Assembly: GCA_051251855.1 (NCBI GenBank)
Contig: JBPOGI010000001.1
Location: 1,472,001 to 1,536,000, forward strand
DNA length: 64,000 nt
Origin: Roseibacillus sp.
GTDB lineage: Bacteria; Verrucomicrobiota; Verrucomicrobiia; Verrucomicrobiales; Akkermansiaceae
Reading direction: 5' to 3'
How positions within the stretch are numbered: the first letter of the stretch is position 1; each line of letters begins with the position of its first letter. Both the position numbers and the translations under genes were made by a program. This document shows, piece after piece, positions 1 through 10,202 of this stretch. The notes beneath the pieces were generated by a model. That model ran no database searches. It had not been told where the DNA came from and saw only the letters and a list, made by a program, of their open reading frames with translations.

Positions 1-2
1 CC

Positions 3-542
3 TCCAAAAAGAAAGGCAACTACGGCCACGAACGTATGGCCGGAGTGGTCAAACTTGCGGCAGAAAAAACAAACTGGGGTCAAAAACTTCCCCAAGGTCG
101 CGGCCAAGGAATCGCCTTTCACTTCAGTCACCGTGGCTACGTCACGGTAGTCGCTGAAGTCGAAGTCTCGCCAGAAGGTGAGCTTACCATTCACCGCCTC
201 ACCGCAGCAAGCGATGTGGGACCCATCATGAATCTCAGTGGAGCCGAGAACCAGGTGGAAGGCTCCATGCTGGACGGTCTCAGCACCGCTTGGTTCCAAA
301 AAATGGATATCAAGAAAGGAGCGGTCACCAACACCAACTTCCCCTCCTACCCCGTGCTGCGCATGAACCAATCGCCGTCCGTGGATTGCCACTTCATCGA
401 GTCCGACAACCCACCGACTGGTCTTGGCGAACCTGCCCTCCCTCCCACTGCCCCCGCAATCTGCAACGCCATTTTCGCTGCCTGCGGAGTGCGCGTTCGC
501 AAACTCCCCATCCGCGACAACGATCTCTCTTGGAAAGCATGA
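3..542 (+). CDS. Xanthine dehydrogenase/isoquinoline oxidoreductase-type molybdopterin-binding subunit, C-terminal part (5'-truncated by window edge)
   Basis: Frame is open from position 3 (SKKKGNYGHERM...). Motifs 'DVGPIMN..GAENQVEGS' and 'PTGLGEPALPPTAPAICNAIFAACGVRVRKLP' are typical of IorB/CoxL C-termini. Followed by xdhC- and mocA-like genes. Confidence 0.9.
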   Translation, partial: SKKKGNYGHERMAGVVKLAAEKTNWGQKLPQGRGQGIAFHFSHRGYVTVVAEVEVSPEGELTIHRLTAASDVGPIMNLSGAENQVEGSMLDGLSTAWFQKMDIKKGAVTNTNFPSYPVLRMNQSPSVDCHFIESDNPPTGLGEPALPPTAPAICNAIFAACGVRVRKLPIRDNDLSWKA

Positions 543-1489
543 ATGACTGGCCACTCGTTCTCGGTTTCGCAAAGGAGCATCGAAACCAGCGACTTGCCCT
601 CGCCACCCTTGTGGGGCGTGAAGGCTCGAGCTATCGCATGCCGGGCGCGCGCCTCCTCATTGCGGAAAGCGGCGAGTATTGTGGTTCACTCAGCGGCGGC
701 TGCCTAGAAGAAGCCATCGCTTACCAAGCCCGGGAAGTGATTGCCACCGGAGTACCCCGCACCGACTACATCGACACCCGCCCGCACTTCGGTTGCCCGG
801 GAGTGCTCGAAATCTTCACTGAACCTCTGCCCGACTTCGAGCTCCTAGATAAAATTGATTCTCAACTCCAAAAGCGTATCCCCTTCGCCCTCGCCACCGA
901 CACACTCGGCACCAAAATCACCCCTGAACCCTCCGAAGAAGCGTTCATCGAACAAGTCACTCCACCCATCCGACTGATAGCTATCGGAGGAACCTCCGAT
1001 CTACTGCCCGTTTTTTCCTTTGCCCAAACGCTCGGCTGGCAAAGCCACCGCATCGTCCCAGACCCCCGACTCGCAGCCCAGTGCAACAGCAATTCAGGCG
1101 AGACAATATCCAGCCTCACGCCCAGCGAACTTCTCACTCAACTCCCCCCTGATTCACAAACTGCTGTTCTCGTGATGAGCCATCATCTCACGACCGACCT
1201 CGCCTATCTCAAAGAGCTTTTCCCTGCCAGCTACGGCTACCTCGGCCTCCTCGGTTCCAAACGTCGGCGAGAAACCCTCCTCAATGAACTCGGCGAACTC
1301 GACCTCTTAGGTGACACCGCCGCCATCGCCCGCTTTCACGCTCCCGTCGGACTCGACATTGGCGCCAGTCATCCTAACAGCATTGCCTTGGCCATTGTTG
1401 CCGAAATCCAAGCCGCTCTCTCCCAACGCCAAGGAGGCTTCCTGCGCGACCGCCTTCTCAACATCCACAGCATACCAAGCAGGTTGTGA
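539..1489 (+). CDS. xdhC: XdhC/CoxI family molybdenum cofactor insertion chaperone
   Basis: 'ATLV..EGSSYRMPGARLL', 'GSLSGGCLE', 'GCPG', 'YLGLLGS', 'APVGLDIG....IALAIVAEI'. Start placed at ATG 539 (ATGA overlap with upstream stop), not the ORF-track 290. Confidence 0.92.
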   Translation: MNDWPLVLGFAKEHRNQRLALATLVGREGSSYRMPGARLLIAESGEYCGSLSGGCLEEAIAYQAREVIATGVPRTDYIDTRPHFGCPGVLEIFTEPLPDFELLDKIDSQLQKRIPFALATDTLGTKITPEPSEEAFIEQVTPPIRLIAIGGTSDLLPVFSFAQTLGWQSHRIVPDPRLAAQCNSNSGETISSLTPSELLTQLPPDSQTAVLVMSHHLTTDLAYLKELFPASYGYLGLLGSKRRRETLLNELGELDLLGDTAAIARFHAPVGLDIGASHPNSIALAIVAEIQAALSQRQGGFLRDRLLNIHSIPSRL

Positions 1490-2070
1490 AAATCGCTGCC
1501 GTTATCCTCGCCGCTGGCAGCTCGCGTCGTTTTGGTCAGCCTAAAGCCCTCCTCGAATGGCAAGGCGAAACCCTCCTCCAACGAACTTGCCGTATCGCCC
1601 TCGAATCCGGCCACTCACCCATCCTCGTCGTTACCCAGCCCAACTCCGACGTCGAAATCCCCGACTACGCTCAAGCTCTTAGAAATCCCAAGCATCATGA
1701 AGGAATGGGGACTTCGCTCGCGCTCGCCGCCGAGTTTCTGAAATCCACCGACACCGACGCCTTCACCATTCTCTTCCCAGACCAACCCGCGATTACAGCC
1801 GACAACCTCCTTCAGCTTCAGAGCCAACTTTCCCCACCCCAGACAACCATCGTGCTCTCTGATAGCGGCCAATTTTTGGGCCCTCCCTCGGTCTTCGCCC
1901 GTGATCACTTTTCAGCACTCTCCGAACTCACTGGTGACCAAGGCGGTAAGAATTTGGCGAAAGACTTTCCCACCCAGACGCAATCGGTCTCAAATCCCGA
2001 AGCTTTGTGGGACATCGACACCCCAGAAATCTGGAAAAAATTCAAAGTTTCACAATCAAACTTTCCGTAA
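1486..2070 (+). CDS. mocA: MocA/MobA-like nucleotidyltransferase (probable molybdenum cofactor cytidylyltransferase)
   Basis: 'VILAAGSSRRFGQPKALL', 'GMGTSL', 'DQP', 'GDQGG', 'DIDTP'. GTGA overlap with xdhC. Confidence 0.85.
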   Translation: MKIAAVILAAGSSRRFGQPKALLEWQGETLLQRTCRIALESGHSPILVVTQPNSDVEIPDYAQALRNPKHHEGMGTSLALAAEFLKSTDTDAFTILFPDQPAITADNLLQLQSQLSPPQTTIVLSDSGQFLGPPSVFARDHFSALSELTGDQGGKNLAKDFPTQTQSVSNPEALWDIDTPEIWKKFKVSQSNFP

Positions 2071-2115
2071 TTCTCTCCGTGAGTTTTCGCCCCATTCTGG
2101 AGTAGTTTTAAGAGA

Positions 2116-2667
2116 ATGACACCCAACGATCCAGACGCGGAAACCGAAGATCACTACGAGAGCTTCGTAAAGGTCTTCACTACGCACGAATTGGACCTTC
2201 GTCGCTTTATTCGCTCTCTGCTCCCCACCCAAACCGATGCCGACGACGTCCTCCAACAGACCGCGCTCGTGATTTGGCGTAAATTCGAGCAATACGACCC
2301 CGAAACTCACTTCATGAAATGGGCTTGTGTGATCGCCCGCTTCGAGGCTCTTGCCTATCGCCGCAAAATTGCTCGGGACCGCCTCGTATTTCGCGAAGAT
2401 ATTCTCGATTTGATGGCAGCTGAAGGAATGGATGAAATCGAAGAACGGAGTGCCGAGTCACGAGCGCTTGAGATTTGCCTCCGTGCCATGACCGAACAAC
2501 AGCGCAAATTCCTCACCCTCGCCTACACTTCTGGCATCAAAGTGAAAGAGATGGCGGAAGAGTCCGGCTCCACTGCCGCAGCCTACTACATGCGCCTCAA
2601 ACGCTTACGTTCCCAATTGCAGAAATGCGTGGAGAGAAAACTACTCACCCCCGAAGAACAAGCATGA
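2116..2667 (+). CDS. ECF sigma-70 factor (PVC-type)
   Basis: 'DADDVLQQT..VIWRKF..YD....F.KWA..IAR' (region 2) and a C-terminal HTH 'AYYMRLKRLR..L..C'. Coupled to a FecR-like gene. Confidence 0.92.
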   Translation: MTPNDPDAETEDHYESFVKVFTTHELDLRRFIRSLLPTQTDADDVLQQTALVIWRKFEQYDPETHFMKWACVIARFEALAYRRKIARDRLVFREDILDLMAAEGMDEIEERSAESRALEICLRAMTEQQRKFLTLAYTSGIKVKEMAEESGSTAAAYYMRLKRLRSQLQKCVERKLLTPEEQA

Positions 2668-4355
2668 AGACCAAAGGCTGGAATTCCCTTTCTCCCAAAA
2701 TAAAGGACTGCATCAATCAATATCTCGACGGCACTGTTTCCGCCGAGGACTTTGAGCGGCTTCAAGACGAGATGGCAGATTCAAAAAAACTGCGACGCGT
2801 CATGCGACAGTCTCTTGCATTGGATCAATTCCTCAGCGAGCGCGGCGACGAAGAAGCAAAACGTGCTTCTCTCGAAATATTTTCGCCTTGGTTGGAAGAG
2901 GAGGAAAAGAAACAAGCCCACAGCAAGGTCGTTCGCTTTTCTAACTTCTGGCCAGCCACTCTGGCAGCCTGCCTCGCTTTCGGATTGGGCCTTTTCTTGA
3001 TGAACCTCAGGAACACTCCTCTCACTCCCATTGCCTCCTACAGCCCGCTCAATAGTCAGAAAGAAAAGAACGTCGCCAACGGCTTTGCGGTCGTCAAGAG
3101 CCTCTTCGAAGCTCAATGGAGCAATCGACAATCCGCCATTCGGGAAGGTGACGCTCTGGGTGCTGAAACGATTGAGCTAGAGTCCGGGATTGCCCAAATC
3201 CAGTTCTACTCCGGAGCGACCATGACCTTGGAAGGCCCTGCCCGCATCACTTTGAAATCAGCTTGGGAGGCTTATTGCGAAAGTGGTGCCGTTCGCATGC
3301 GTGTTCCTCCCGCCGCACGTGGATTTCGCCTTAATGCACCTAAAACGCAAATCGTTGACCTAGGAACTGAATTCGGCTTCAAGGTCACCGATGGCCAAGG
3401 GCAAGTCGAGGTCTTCGATGGTGAGATTGCCCTCTCGCATAGTGGCGGCCAAGAGCAGATCCTCGAAGAAGGAGATGCTCTGAACCTCACCAGTAGCGGC
3501 TCTGCTCACAAAATTTTGAAAGGGACCGTTCAGTACCCTGATGCCGAGCGCTTTGGAAAGTTAGTGGCCCAGCAAGAATTAGTGGACTTCAAAAAGTGGC
3601 AGCAGCAGCGTGACGCCCTCGCTGCGGATGAGCGTGTGGCTGCCTATTTCACTTTTGAAAAAGAAAACGGAGTGGGCCTCTTTCCCAACTTGCGAAATGC
3701 CGGCAACCACAATCTTGATGCCGCTCCTATCCTCGCAAATAAAATTGCCGGTCGCTGGCCCCACCTCAAATCAGCCCTCGAATTCCGCCGGCCGGAAGCC
3801 CGTGTTCGCGTTAACATTACCGACAGTTTTGAAGGCTTCACCTTCATGAGCTGGGTTCGTATCGATAGCCTCGACCGACAATATAACGCCCTTTTCATGG
3901 CTGATGGGTATGAAACTGGCGAACCCCATTGGCAGATTCGCGACGATGGCTGCATGATGCTGTCGGTGATGGTCGATGACAGTCGTCGCAGCATCTACGA
4001 AAAAGATGTTTCTGGTTACCACTACGTCTATTTCTCGCCTCCCATGTGGGAACAGAAGATGAGCGGAAAATGGATTCACCTCACCTCAGTCTACAATCAC
4101 AAACAAGGTTACGTGGCCCACTTCGTCGATGGCATTCGAATTTCGGGACAAAAGATCGCGCCTGAATTCAAAGCTCCTTTCCTGAAAATTGGAAATGGAG
4201 AAATTGGAAACTGGGGCCATCCCAATCGGGCGGATGCCAACTATTCCATCCGCAGCATTAACGGCAGCATCGGCGAAATGACAATTTTTAAGAAAGCCCT
4301 TCGACCCAAAGAGATTCTCGAACTTTTCCGTAAAACCAGCGCCCTCCCCCAATAA
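2664..4355 (+). CDS. FecR-like anti-sigma factor with C-terminal LamG/ConA-like domain
   Basis: ATGA overlap at 2664, one TM segment, FecR motifs 'LESGIAQI.F.SGA...LEGPA' and 'IVDLGTEFG...VEVFDGEI'. C-terminal 'FTFMSWVRID...W.HL..VY...FVDG...NG.I.E..IF..AL' is LamG-like. Confidence 0.88.
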   Translation: MKTKGWNSLSPKIKDCINQYLDGTVSAEDFERLQDEMADSKKLRRVMRQSLALDQFLSERGDEEAKRASLEIFSPWLEEEEKKQAHSKVVRFSNFWPATLAACLAFGLGLFLMNLRNTPLTPIASYSPLNSQKEKNVANGFAVVKSLFEAQWSNRQSAIREGDALGAETIELESGIAQIQFYSGATMTLEGPARITLKSAWEAYCESGAVRMRVPPAARGFRLNAPKTQIVDLGTEFGFKVTDGQGQVEVFDGEIALSHSGGQEQILEEGDALNLTSSGSAHKILKGTVQYPDAERFGKLVAQQELVDFKKWQQQRDALAADERVAAYFTFEKENGVGLFPNLRNAGNHNLDAAPILANKIAGRWPHLKSALEFRRPEARVRVNITDSFEGFTFMSWVRIDSLDRQYNALFMADGYETGEPHWQIRDDGCMMLSVMVDDSRRSIYEKDVSGYHYVYFSPPMWEQKMSGKWIHLTSVYNHKQGYVAHFVDGIRISGQKIAPEFKAPFLKIGNGEIGNWGHPNRADANYSIRSINGSIGEMTIFKKALRPKEILELFRKTSALPQ

Positions 4356-4371
4356 CCTGATTTCAAACCTA

Positions 4372-7300
4372 ATGAACTTCAAAACTACTCTCCTAATCGC
4401 TTCCGTCCTTTCGTTGGGACAGGTCGGAGTCAATGCCCAGACTACTATCCTAGGTGGTGCAACCGGCAACGCCGACTTCGAAGCTTCCTCCCCTGCCAGT
4501 GGCCAAGTCCCCTACGACTCTACCAACAACTGGTTCAATGCCAGCGGAGCGGAGACCCTCAACTTTACCCACGACACCCAGATGAACGGAAGCTCTCAGT
4601 CCGCTTCGCGCGGGGGGATGCCTTTTAACAATCGAGCCCAAGTCAACGACACTGGATACACCATCACTGCGGCAGGAAAAGTCTTTACCCTGAGCTACGA
4701 TTTCGGCGCTGGAGGTGGTCTAGCAGGATGGAATGGCGACGAATTCTTGGACGCTTTTCTCTTCACTATTGCCGCCGGTGATACCGTCGATGGCGACCTC
4801 GTCGAAGGTAACTTTACCGAAACATTGGTCACCAATACCTACAACGTAGATCGTGCCAACGATGGTCAATGGACCACCCACACGGCACCTACATATTACA
4901 CCACTAGCGCAGCAGACGTCGGAAAAACCGTTTACTTGGGAATCAAATTTTCCCACGGCACCGGAAACATTCTCTACCCCCGGATCGATGTCATTCAATT
5001 GTCAGTAGTGACTCCGACCCCTCCTCCTTCATCCACCATTCTCGGAGGCTCCACAGGCAACGCCGATTTTGAGGCTTCTACTCCCGCAACCGGAGCTCTT
5101 CCCTTCTCTTCCACCACCAATTGGTTCAATGCCAGTGGCGCGGAAAGCACCAACTTTAGCAATGACTCCCAAACTGCTGGAAGCTCACAGCCCAATTCGC
5201 GCGGCGGGATGCCCTTCGATAACCGCATTCAAGTTAACAGCACGGGCTTTACCATTACTGCCGCCGACGAAGTCATCTCCTTGAGCTACGAATTCGGCGC
5301 CACCGGCTTGGACACCAACTGGACCGGTGATGAAGTGCACAACTCCTTCCTCTTCACCATCGCCAACGGTGATGTTGTCGACGGAGACCTCGTTGAGGCC
5401 GATTTCACGGAAGTCTTGACCACCGACAGTTACAGTATGGATCGGCCTAACAACGACTCATGGACCACTCGTTCGGTTCCCTATTTCTATATCACCACCG
5501 CAGCCGATATTGGAAAGACCCTCTATTTTGGAATGAAGTTCGATCAAGGCACAGGGCCTACCGTCTTTCCCCGTATTGACGTAATCAGCCTCACTATTGG
5601 AACGATTCCCCCACCACTCCCTGCGACAGGCTGGGATGAGTTTGTCACCCAATACGGTCTCACTGGCATTGGCACCGATGACTTTGATGGCGACGGTCAG
5701 GTTGACCTGCACGAGTTTGCCTTCGGAGGAAACCCTACCGATGCGAGTAGCCAGGGGGCCCAACCAGCCATCGAAATCGTTAATGCAGGCAATGAAGCTG
5801 CTTATCGAAATCTTGCTACCAATCACTCCGACCCAGGCATTAGCTATGTTACGGAGTGGAGCGAAGACCTCACCGCTACCATTTGGCAGCGGACTTGGGA
5901 TTCATCGAGCACGGCAGCGACCTCCGACCCTGATTTCAATGAGAAAACTCAGGAGATCTCCACCAGTGGGAAGCCACGGCTTTTTGCTCGCACAATGGTC
6001 ACTCAACCCGATAGACCTAATATTCTTCTCATTCTCGCGGACGATCTTGGTTACGCAGATGTTGGCTTCAACGGTTCCACCGACATCATCACCCCCGAGA
6101 TGGACGTCTTGGCCCAGGACGGCACCATCTTTTCTTCTGCCTACGTAGTACACCCCTTCTGCGGACCCAGCCGGATGGGACTCTTCACCGGCCGCTACCC
6201 GCATGAGTATGGCGGCCCCTTCAACCTCCCGCCTTACAGCTCCGGCGACTACCGCGATCAAGGCACTCCTACCAGCGAGACCCTCATCAGCACGGTGTTG
6301 AAGAATGGAGGCTACTCCACCGGTCTGATGGGCAAATGGCACCTCGGCCATGAACCGCAATCTCACCCCAATGTGAGGGGCTTTGACCATTTCTACGGAT
6401 TCCTGGGTGGCGGCATTCTCTATTTCGGCCCCTATCAAGCCAACAACGCTGCAGGCACGGTGTGGGACTACCGGATCTATCCGCAGGAGAATGGAGTCGA
6501 CGACACCTCGCTCACTGCCAACGATTACATGACCGATGTCCTCTCCCAAAAAGGCATCGATTTCATCAATGCCGAGGCTAGCAACGACGACCCCTTCTTT
6601 TTGATGATGTCCTACAACGCTCCGCATACGGTCCTAGCAGCCAAACAGGAAGACCTTGATGTATTCCCCACTCTCACTGGTGATCGTCAGACCTACGCAG
6701 CGATGGTCTACGCCCTCGACCGTGGCATCGGCGACATCGTCGATACGCTCAAAAGCACGGGTCAATACGACAACACCCTCATCATTTTCCTAAGCGACAA
6801 CGGAGGCCGCACCGACCAAGGAGCCAACAACAGTCCTCTCCGTGGAGCCAAGGGAGACACTTGGGAAGGTGGATTCCGTGTTCCCATGTTCATGCACTGG
6901 CCCAACCGAGTACCAGCTCAAACGACCTACACCCACCCGGTCTCTGCTCTCGATTTTTATCCTACCTTCGCGAGACTCGCTGGAGCAGCCATCCCCGCTG
7001 GCAAAGAGATCGACGGCAAAAATATTTGGGACGAAGTGCTCGCTGGCGAAAGTGCGCGTCCCGGCGAACTCATCTACGCACTGCGCCACCGTCCCGGCGC
7101 CACCAGCCAATACCATAGTGTTGGAGGCCGCATGGACCAATGGAAAGCCTACCGGGATCAGAATTCTTGGAGCCTTTACAATATCGAGACTGACATTGGC
7201 GAAACCACCGATGTCAGTGCACAGAACCCCACCATTCTCACCCAGATGATCGACGACATCGAAGCGTGGAGTAACAGCCACGTCCAACCCCTCTGGTGGG

Positions 7301-7374
7301 ACAATACTAGCCAAGAACAAGTCTGGAACGATAACAACATGCCGCTCTATGACCAAACCTTCTCTCACCCCTAA
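4372..7374 (+). CDS. Multimodular secreted S1 sulfatase: two N-terminal CBM-like repeats + DxDGDG/sorting-like module + sulfatase
   Basis: Signal peptide. Tandem ~190-aa repeats ('TILGG.TGNADFEAS...PRIDVI'). Sulfatase core 'PNILLILADDLG', 'CGPSR', 'GKWHLG', 'SDNG'. Confidence 0.9.
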   Translation: MNFKTTLLIASVLSLGQVGVNAQTTILGGATGNADFEASSPASGQVPYDSTNNWFNASGAETLNFTHDTQMNGSSQSASRGGMPFNNRAQVNDTGYTITAAGKVFTLSYDFGAGGGLAGWNGDEFLDAFLFTIAAGDTVDGDLVEGNFTETLVTNTYNVDRANDGQWTTHTAPTYYTTSAADVGKTVYLGIKFSHGTGNILYPRIDVIQLSVVTPTPPPSSTILGGSTGNADFEASTPATGALPFSSTTNWFNASGAESTNFSNDSQTAGSSQPNSRGGMPFDNRIQVNSTGFTITAADEVISLSYEFGATGLDTNWTGDEVHNSFLFTIANGDVVDGDLVEADFTEVLTTDSYSMDRPNNDSWTTRSVPYFYITTAADIGKTLYFGMKFDQGTGPTVFPRIDVISLTIGTIPPPLPATGWDEFVTQYGLTGIGTDDFDGDGQVDLHEFAFGGNPTDASSQGAQPAIEIVNAGNEAAYRNLATNHSDPGISYVTEWSEDLTATIWQRTWDSSSTAATSDPDFNEKTQEISTSGKPRLFARTMVTQPDRPNILLILADDLGYADVGFNGSTDIITPEMDVLAQDGTIFSSAYVVHPFCGPSRMGLFTGRYPHEYGGPFNLPPYSSGDYRDQGTPTSETLISTVLKNGGYSTGLMGKWHLGHEPQSHPNVRGFDHFYGFLGGGILYFGPYQANNAAGTVWDYRIYPQENGVDDTSLTANDYMTDVLSQKGIDFINAEASNDDPFFLMMSYNAPHTVLAAKQEDLDVFPTLTGDRQTYAAMVYALDRGIGDIVDTLKSTGQYDNTLIIFLSDNGGRTDQGANNSPLRGAKGDTWEGGFRVPMFMHWPNRVPAQTTYTHPVSALDFYPTFARLAGAAIPAGKEIDGKNIWDEVLAGESARPGELIYALRHRPGATSQYHSVGGRMDQWKAYRDQNSWSLYNIETDIGETTDVSAQNPTILTQMIDDIEAWSNSHVQPLWWDNTSQEQVWNDNNMPLYDQTFSHP

Positions 7375-7457
7375 TGAGAGTTCTTCAAGAGCCTCACCCT
7401 AAGATGAGTCTCGATAGCGTGAGAGGCGGATCTCCTCCCTTTCGTAGAAAATATAAC

Positions 7458-10202
7458 ATGCTCTCCAAACCTTTGTTCACCCACTTAGCTCTCATTTGGC
7501 TGACAGCTGGTGGCGACTTTGCGGGCGGACAAACCATCGATTTTGAGAGCCAAATTCAGCCCATCTTCGAAGAAAACTGCAGCGACTGCCATGGCGAGGA
7601 TAAGGTGAAATCGGGCTTTCGGGTCGATCAGCGACCCGTGATGCTCAAGGGAGGTGATTCCGGCCTCAAAGCAATCGTGCCGGGACAACCTGAAAAGAGC
7701 TTTTTGATGGAGGTGATTCAAAAGCCTGATGATCCAGACTATCAGATGCCCCCCAAGGGTGACCCCCTCGCTCCTGAACAAATCGCACTCATCAAACAGT
7801 GGATCGAGGAAGGTGCCCAGTGGCCTGGCCAAATGGAAGCCGTTCTCGACGATGGCTCCGACCACTGGTCCTTTCAAACTGTCGTTCGCCCCCAAATCCC
7901 CGGCGACTCTGCCCAGGTTATCGATGCCTTTCTAAATCGAAAACTCGCCGAAGCAGGAATCACACCTAACGAGCCTGCGACCCCTCCTGTCCTCCTCCGT
8001 CGCCTTGCAATCACCCTCACCGGCCTTCCTCCTACCTTTGAAGAAATCCAAGCTTTCGAAGAAGCCTACGCACAGGATGCCGAAAAAGCCTACTCCGACG
8101 CTGTCGAAAGATTACTGGCCTCTCCTCACTTCGGCGAGAGGTGGGCGCAACACTGGCTCGACGTCATTCGCTGGGCCGAGACCAATGGTTCGGAAGCCAA
8201 TCTCTATCGCAAGAATGCCCACGTCTATCGCGACTACGTGACTCGTTCTTTCAATGAGAACAAACCCTACCACCAGTTCATCATCGAACAACTCGCTGGC
8301 GACCAACTTGGCACTGGCGAAGCTACTGGATTCCTCGTGGCTGGACCTCACGTTCCTGCGGCTACCGTGGGTGCAGAAGCCACCGCCATCCGCCAAGCCC
8401 GCGCCGACCGCTTGGACGAGATGATCAACACCCTTGGCGCGTCTGTTCTTGGCGTCACCGTCAGCTGTGCTCGCTGCCACAATCACAAGTTCGACCCGAT
8501 CTCCATTCAGGACTATTACTCTCTTTCGGCGGTGCTACAGGGAGTCGAATTTGGCGCCCGATTTCCAGAGTACGATCAGGAACACCCCAAGAATAAAAGA
8601 GCTCGTGAAATTCGGGAACAGATGAAGCCTCTCCGCCAAGAGCTCTCTAGCGAAGTCGAATCCTGGGCCGAGAACTGGGGCGGCTTCACAGACTTCCATT
8701 TTCCGGCCACCACCACGAAGAAGGTTCGCTTGGAGTTCGCGCAAAACTCGGTACGGATAGACGAGCTGCAATTTTTCGGACCTCAGAATCCCCGAAAGAA
8801 TCTCGCCTTGGCCTCTGAGGGAACGACCGTCGTAGAGGACGAAACCCTCTCTGGCCCTAACTCAAGAGTGTGGAAGGTCAACGATGGTCAATTCGGCACC
8901 AAAGGCTGGAGTGCCAAAGCTCGAAAAGGTTCTCAAGGTCGACCCTGGATCGAAATAACTTTCCCCCAAGCAGTCAAAATCAACCGGCTACGATTCAGCT
9001 CAAACCGAGAATACTTTTTCGAGACCGATTATCTCACTAGCTATAAGCCCGGAGACTTTCCCGATTACATCCTCAAGGTCGAACAAGACGATGGGTCGTG
9101 GTCACCTTTGGGCAGCACCTCGGATACGGAGCAAGCCTTCAAGACCAATCCTACCCTTGGCCAAACCTTCCAGAAACTGCACGGTCAGATCACACGACTG
9201 CAGGAAGAAGGACCGCAGCCTAGCTTCGTTGGCCGCTTCGTCGAACCAGTCGTCACCAAGGTCCTCCTTCGTGGTAGCCCAGAAACTCCCCGGGATATCG
9301 TTCCTCCCGCTGGGTTCGAGATTATGGATGGAGATTTGGGTTTGGACAACAAGACTCCCGAGTCCGAGAGACGCCTAAAATATGCGCAATGGCTTGTTCG
9401 AAAAGAGCACCCCCTCACCTCTCGAGTGATGGTCAATCGCATTTGGCACCACATTTTCGGTTCGGGCATTGTAGCGACTGGGAGTGATTTCGGTCTCGCA
9501 GGAGCACCGCCAACCCACCCCGAGCTTCTGGACTGGTTGGCAGCCGAATTCATGAATCCCACTCAAAGCGAGCAAGACTGGTCTGTTAAAGACATGATTC
9601 GCCTCCTCGTCAAAAGTGATGCCTTCCGCCGCAGTAGCCACCCCAATCAAGACAGCCTCGCAAAAGACGGCCTTTCGCAACTCCTCTGGCGCTTTCCACC
9701 TCGTCGAGTCGAGGCGGAAGTCATCCGTGATAGTATCCTGCAAGCTTCCGGCAAACTCGATCCCACGCTTGGGGGCCGCAGCTTCCGAATTCACAACGTC
9801 AAAGCCACCTACGCCCAATGGCAGGTCGAGGACAACTACAGTTCCAAGACCTGGAGACGTATGCTCTATCAGGAAAGAATGCGTCGCGTAGACGACCAAA
9901 TATTCACCGCTTTTGACTTCCCTGACTGCGGCCAAGTGCGAGCCAAGCGTCCTGTTTCCACCACTCCCCTGCAAGCGCTCAACCTGATGAACAGTCCCTT
10001 CGTCGTCGACCAATCGAATCATCTCGCCCAACGTGCCATCGCCGAAAGTGGCGACGAAAAAGAAGTTCAAGTTCGTCGCGCTTTTCAACTCCTCCTCGCA
10101 CGCCAGCCGAGCTCGGACGAACTTGCCGCCACCAAAAACATAGACCTTCTTCTCGTCTGCCGCAGCCTCATCAATTCAAACGAATTTTCTTTCCTGCCAT
10201 GA
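7458..10202 (+). CDS. Planctomycete cytochrome c / DUF1549 / DUF1553 (PSD1) protein with inserted discoidin-like domain
   Basis: CSDCH and CARCH heme motifs, 'HWSF', 'HFGERWAQHWLD', 'RVMVNRIWHH.FG.GIV', 'PTHPELLDWLA', 'TTPLQAL.LMN'. The start could instead be ATG 7374, which overlaps the upstream stop. Confidence 0.9.
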   Translation: MLSKPLFTHLALIWLTAGGDFAGGQTIDFESQIQPIFEENCSDCHGEDKVKSGFRVDQRPVMLKGGDSGLKAIVPGQPEKSFLMEVIQKPDDPDYQMPPKGDPLAPEQIALIKQWIEEGAQWPGQMEAVLDDGSDHWSFQTVVRPQIPGDSAQVIDAFLNRKLAEAGITPNEPATPPVLLRRLAITLTGLPPTFEEIQAFEEAYAQDAEKAYSDAVERLLASPHFGERWAQHWLDVIRWAETNGSEANLYRKNAHVYRDYVTRSFNENKPYHQFIIEQLAGDQLGTGEATGFLVAGPHVPAATVGAEATAIRQARADRLDEMINTLGASVLGVTVSCARCHNHKFDPISIQDYYSLSAVLQGVEFGARFPEYDQEHPKNKRAREIREQMKPLRQELSSEVESWAENWGGFTDFHFPATTTKKVRLEFAQNSVRIDELQFFGPQNPRKNLALASEGTTVVEDETLSGPNSRVWKVNDGQFGTKGWSAKARKGSQGRPWIEITFPQAVKINRLRFSSNREYFFETDYLTSYKPGDFPDYILKVEQDDGSWSPLGSTSDTEQAFKTNPTLGQTFQKLHGQITRLQEEGPQPSFVGRFVEPVVTKVLLRGSPETPRDIVPPAGFEIMDGDLGLDNKTPESERRLKYAQWLVRKEHPLTSRVMVNRIWHHIFGSGIVATGSDFGLAGAPPTHPELLDWLAAEFMNPTQSEQDWSVKDMIRLLVKSDAFRRSSHPNQDSLAKDGLSQLLWRFPPRRVEAEVIRDSILQASGKLDPTLGGRSFRIHNVKATYAQWQVEDNYSSKTWRRMLYQERMRRVDDQIFTAFDFPDCGQVRAKRPVSTTPLQALNLMNSPFVVDQSNHLAQRAIAESGDEKEVQVRRAFQLLLARQPSSDELAATKNIDLLLVCRSLINSNEFSFLP

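Noticed and set aside
290..538. ORF-track N-terminal extensions of xdhC (290), FecR (2475), GspG-like (25898), PEP-CTERM (26470), DUF1552 (31788), DUF1592 (33010) and sulfatase (42822)
   Set aside because: They overlap upstream genes in another frame. Better ATGs with stop/start coupling or signal peptides lie downstream.
1..2070. Molybdoenzyme operon as part of the glycan system
   Set aside because: Ordinary Xdh-family/xdhC/mocA arrangement. Nothing but adjacency links it to the glycan genes.
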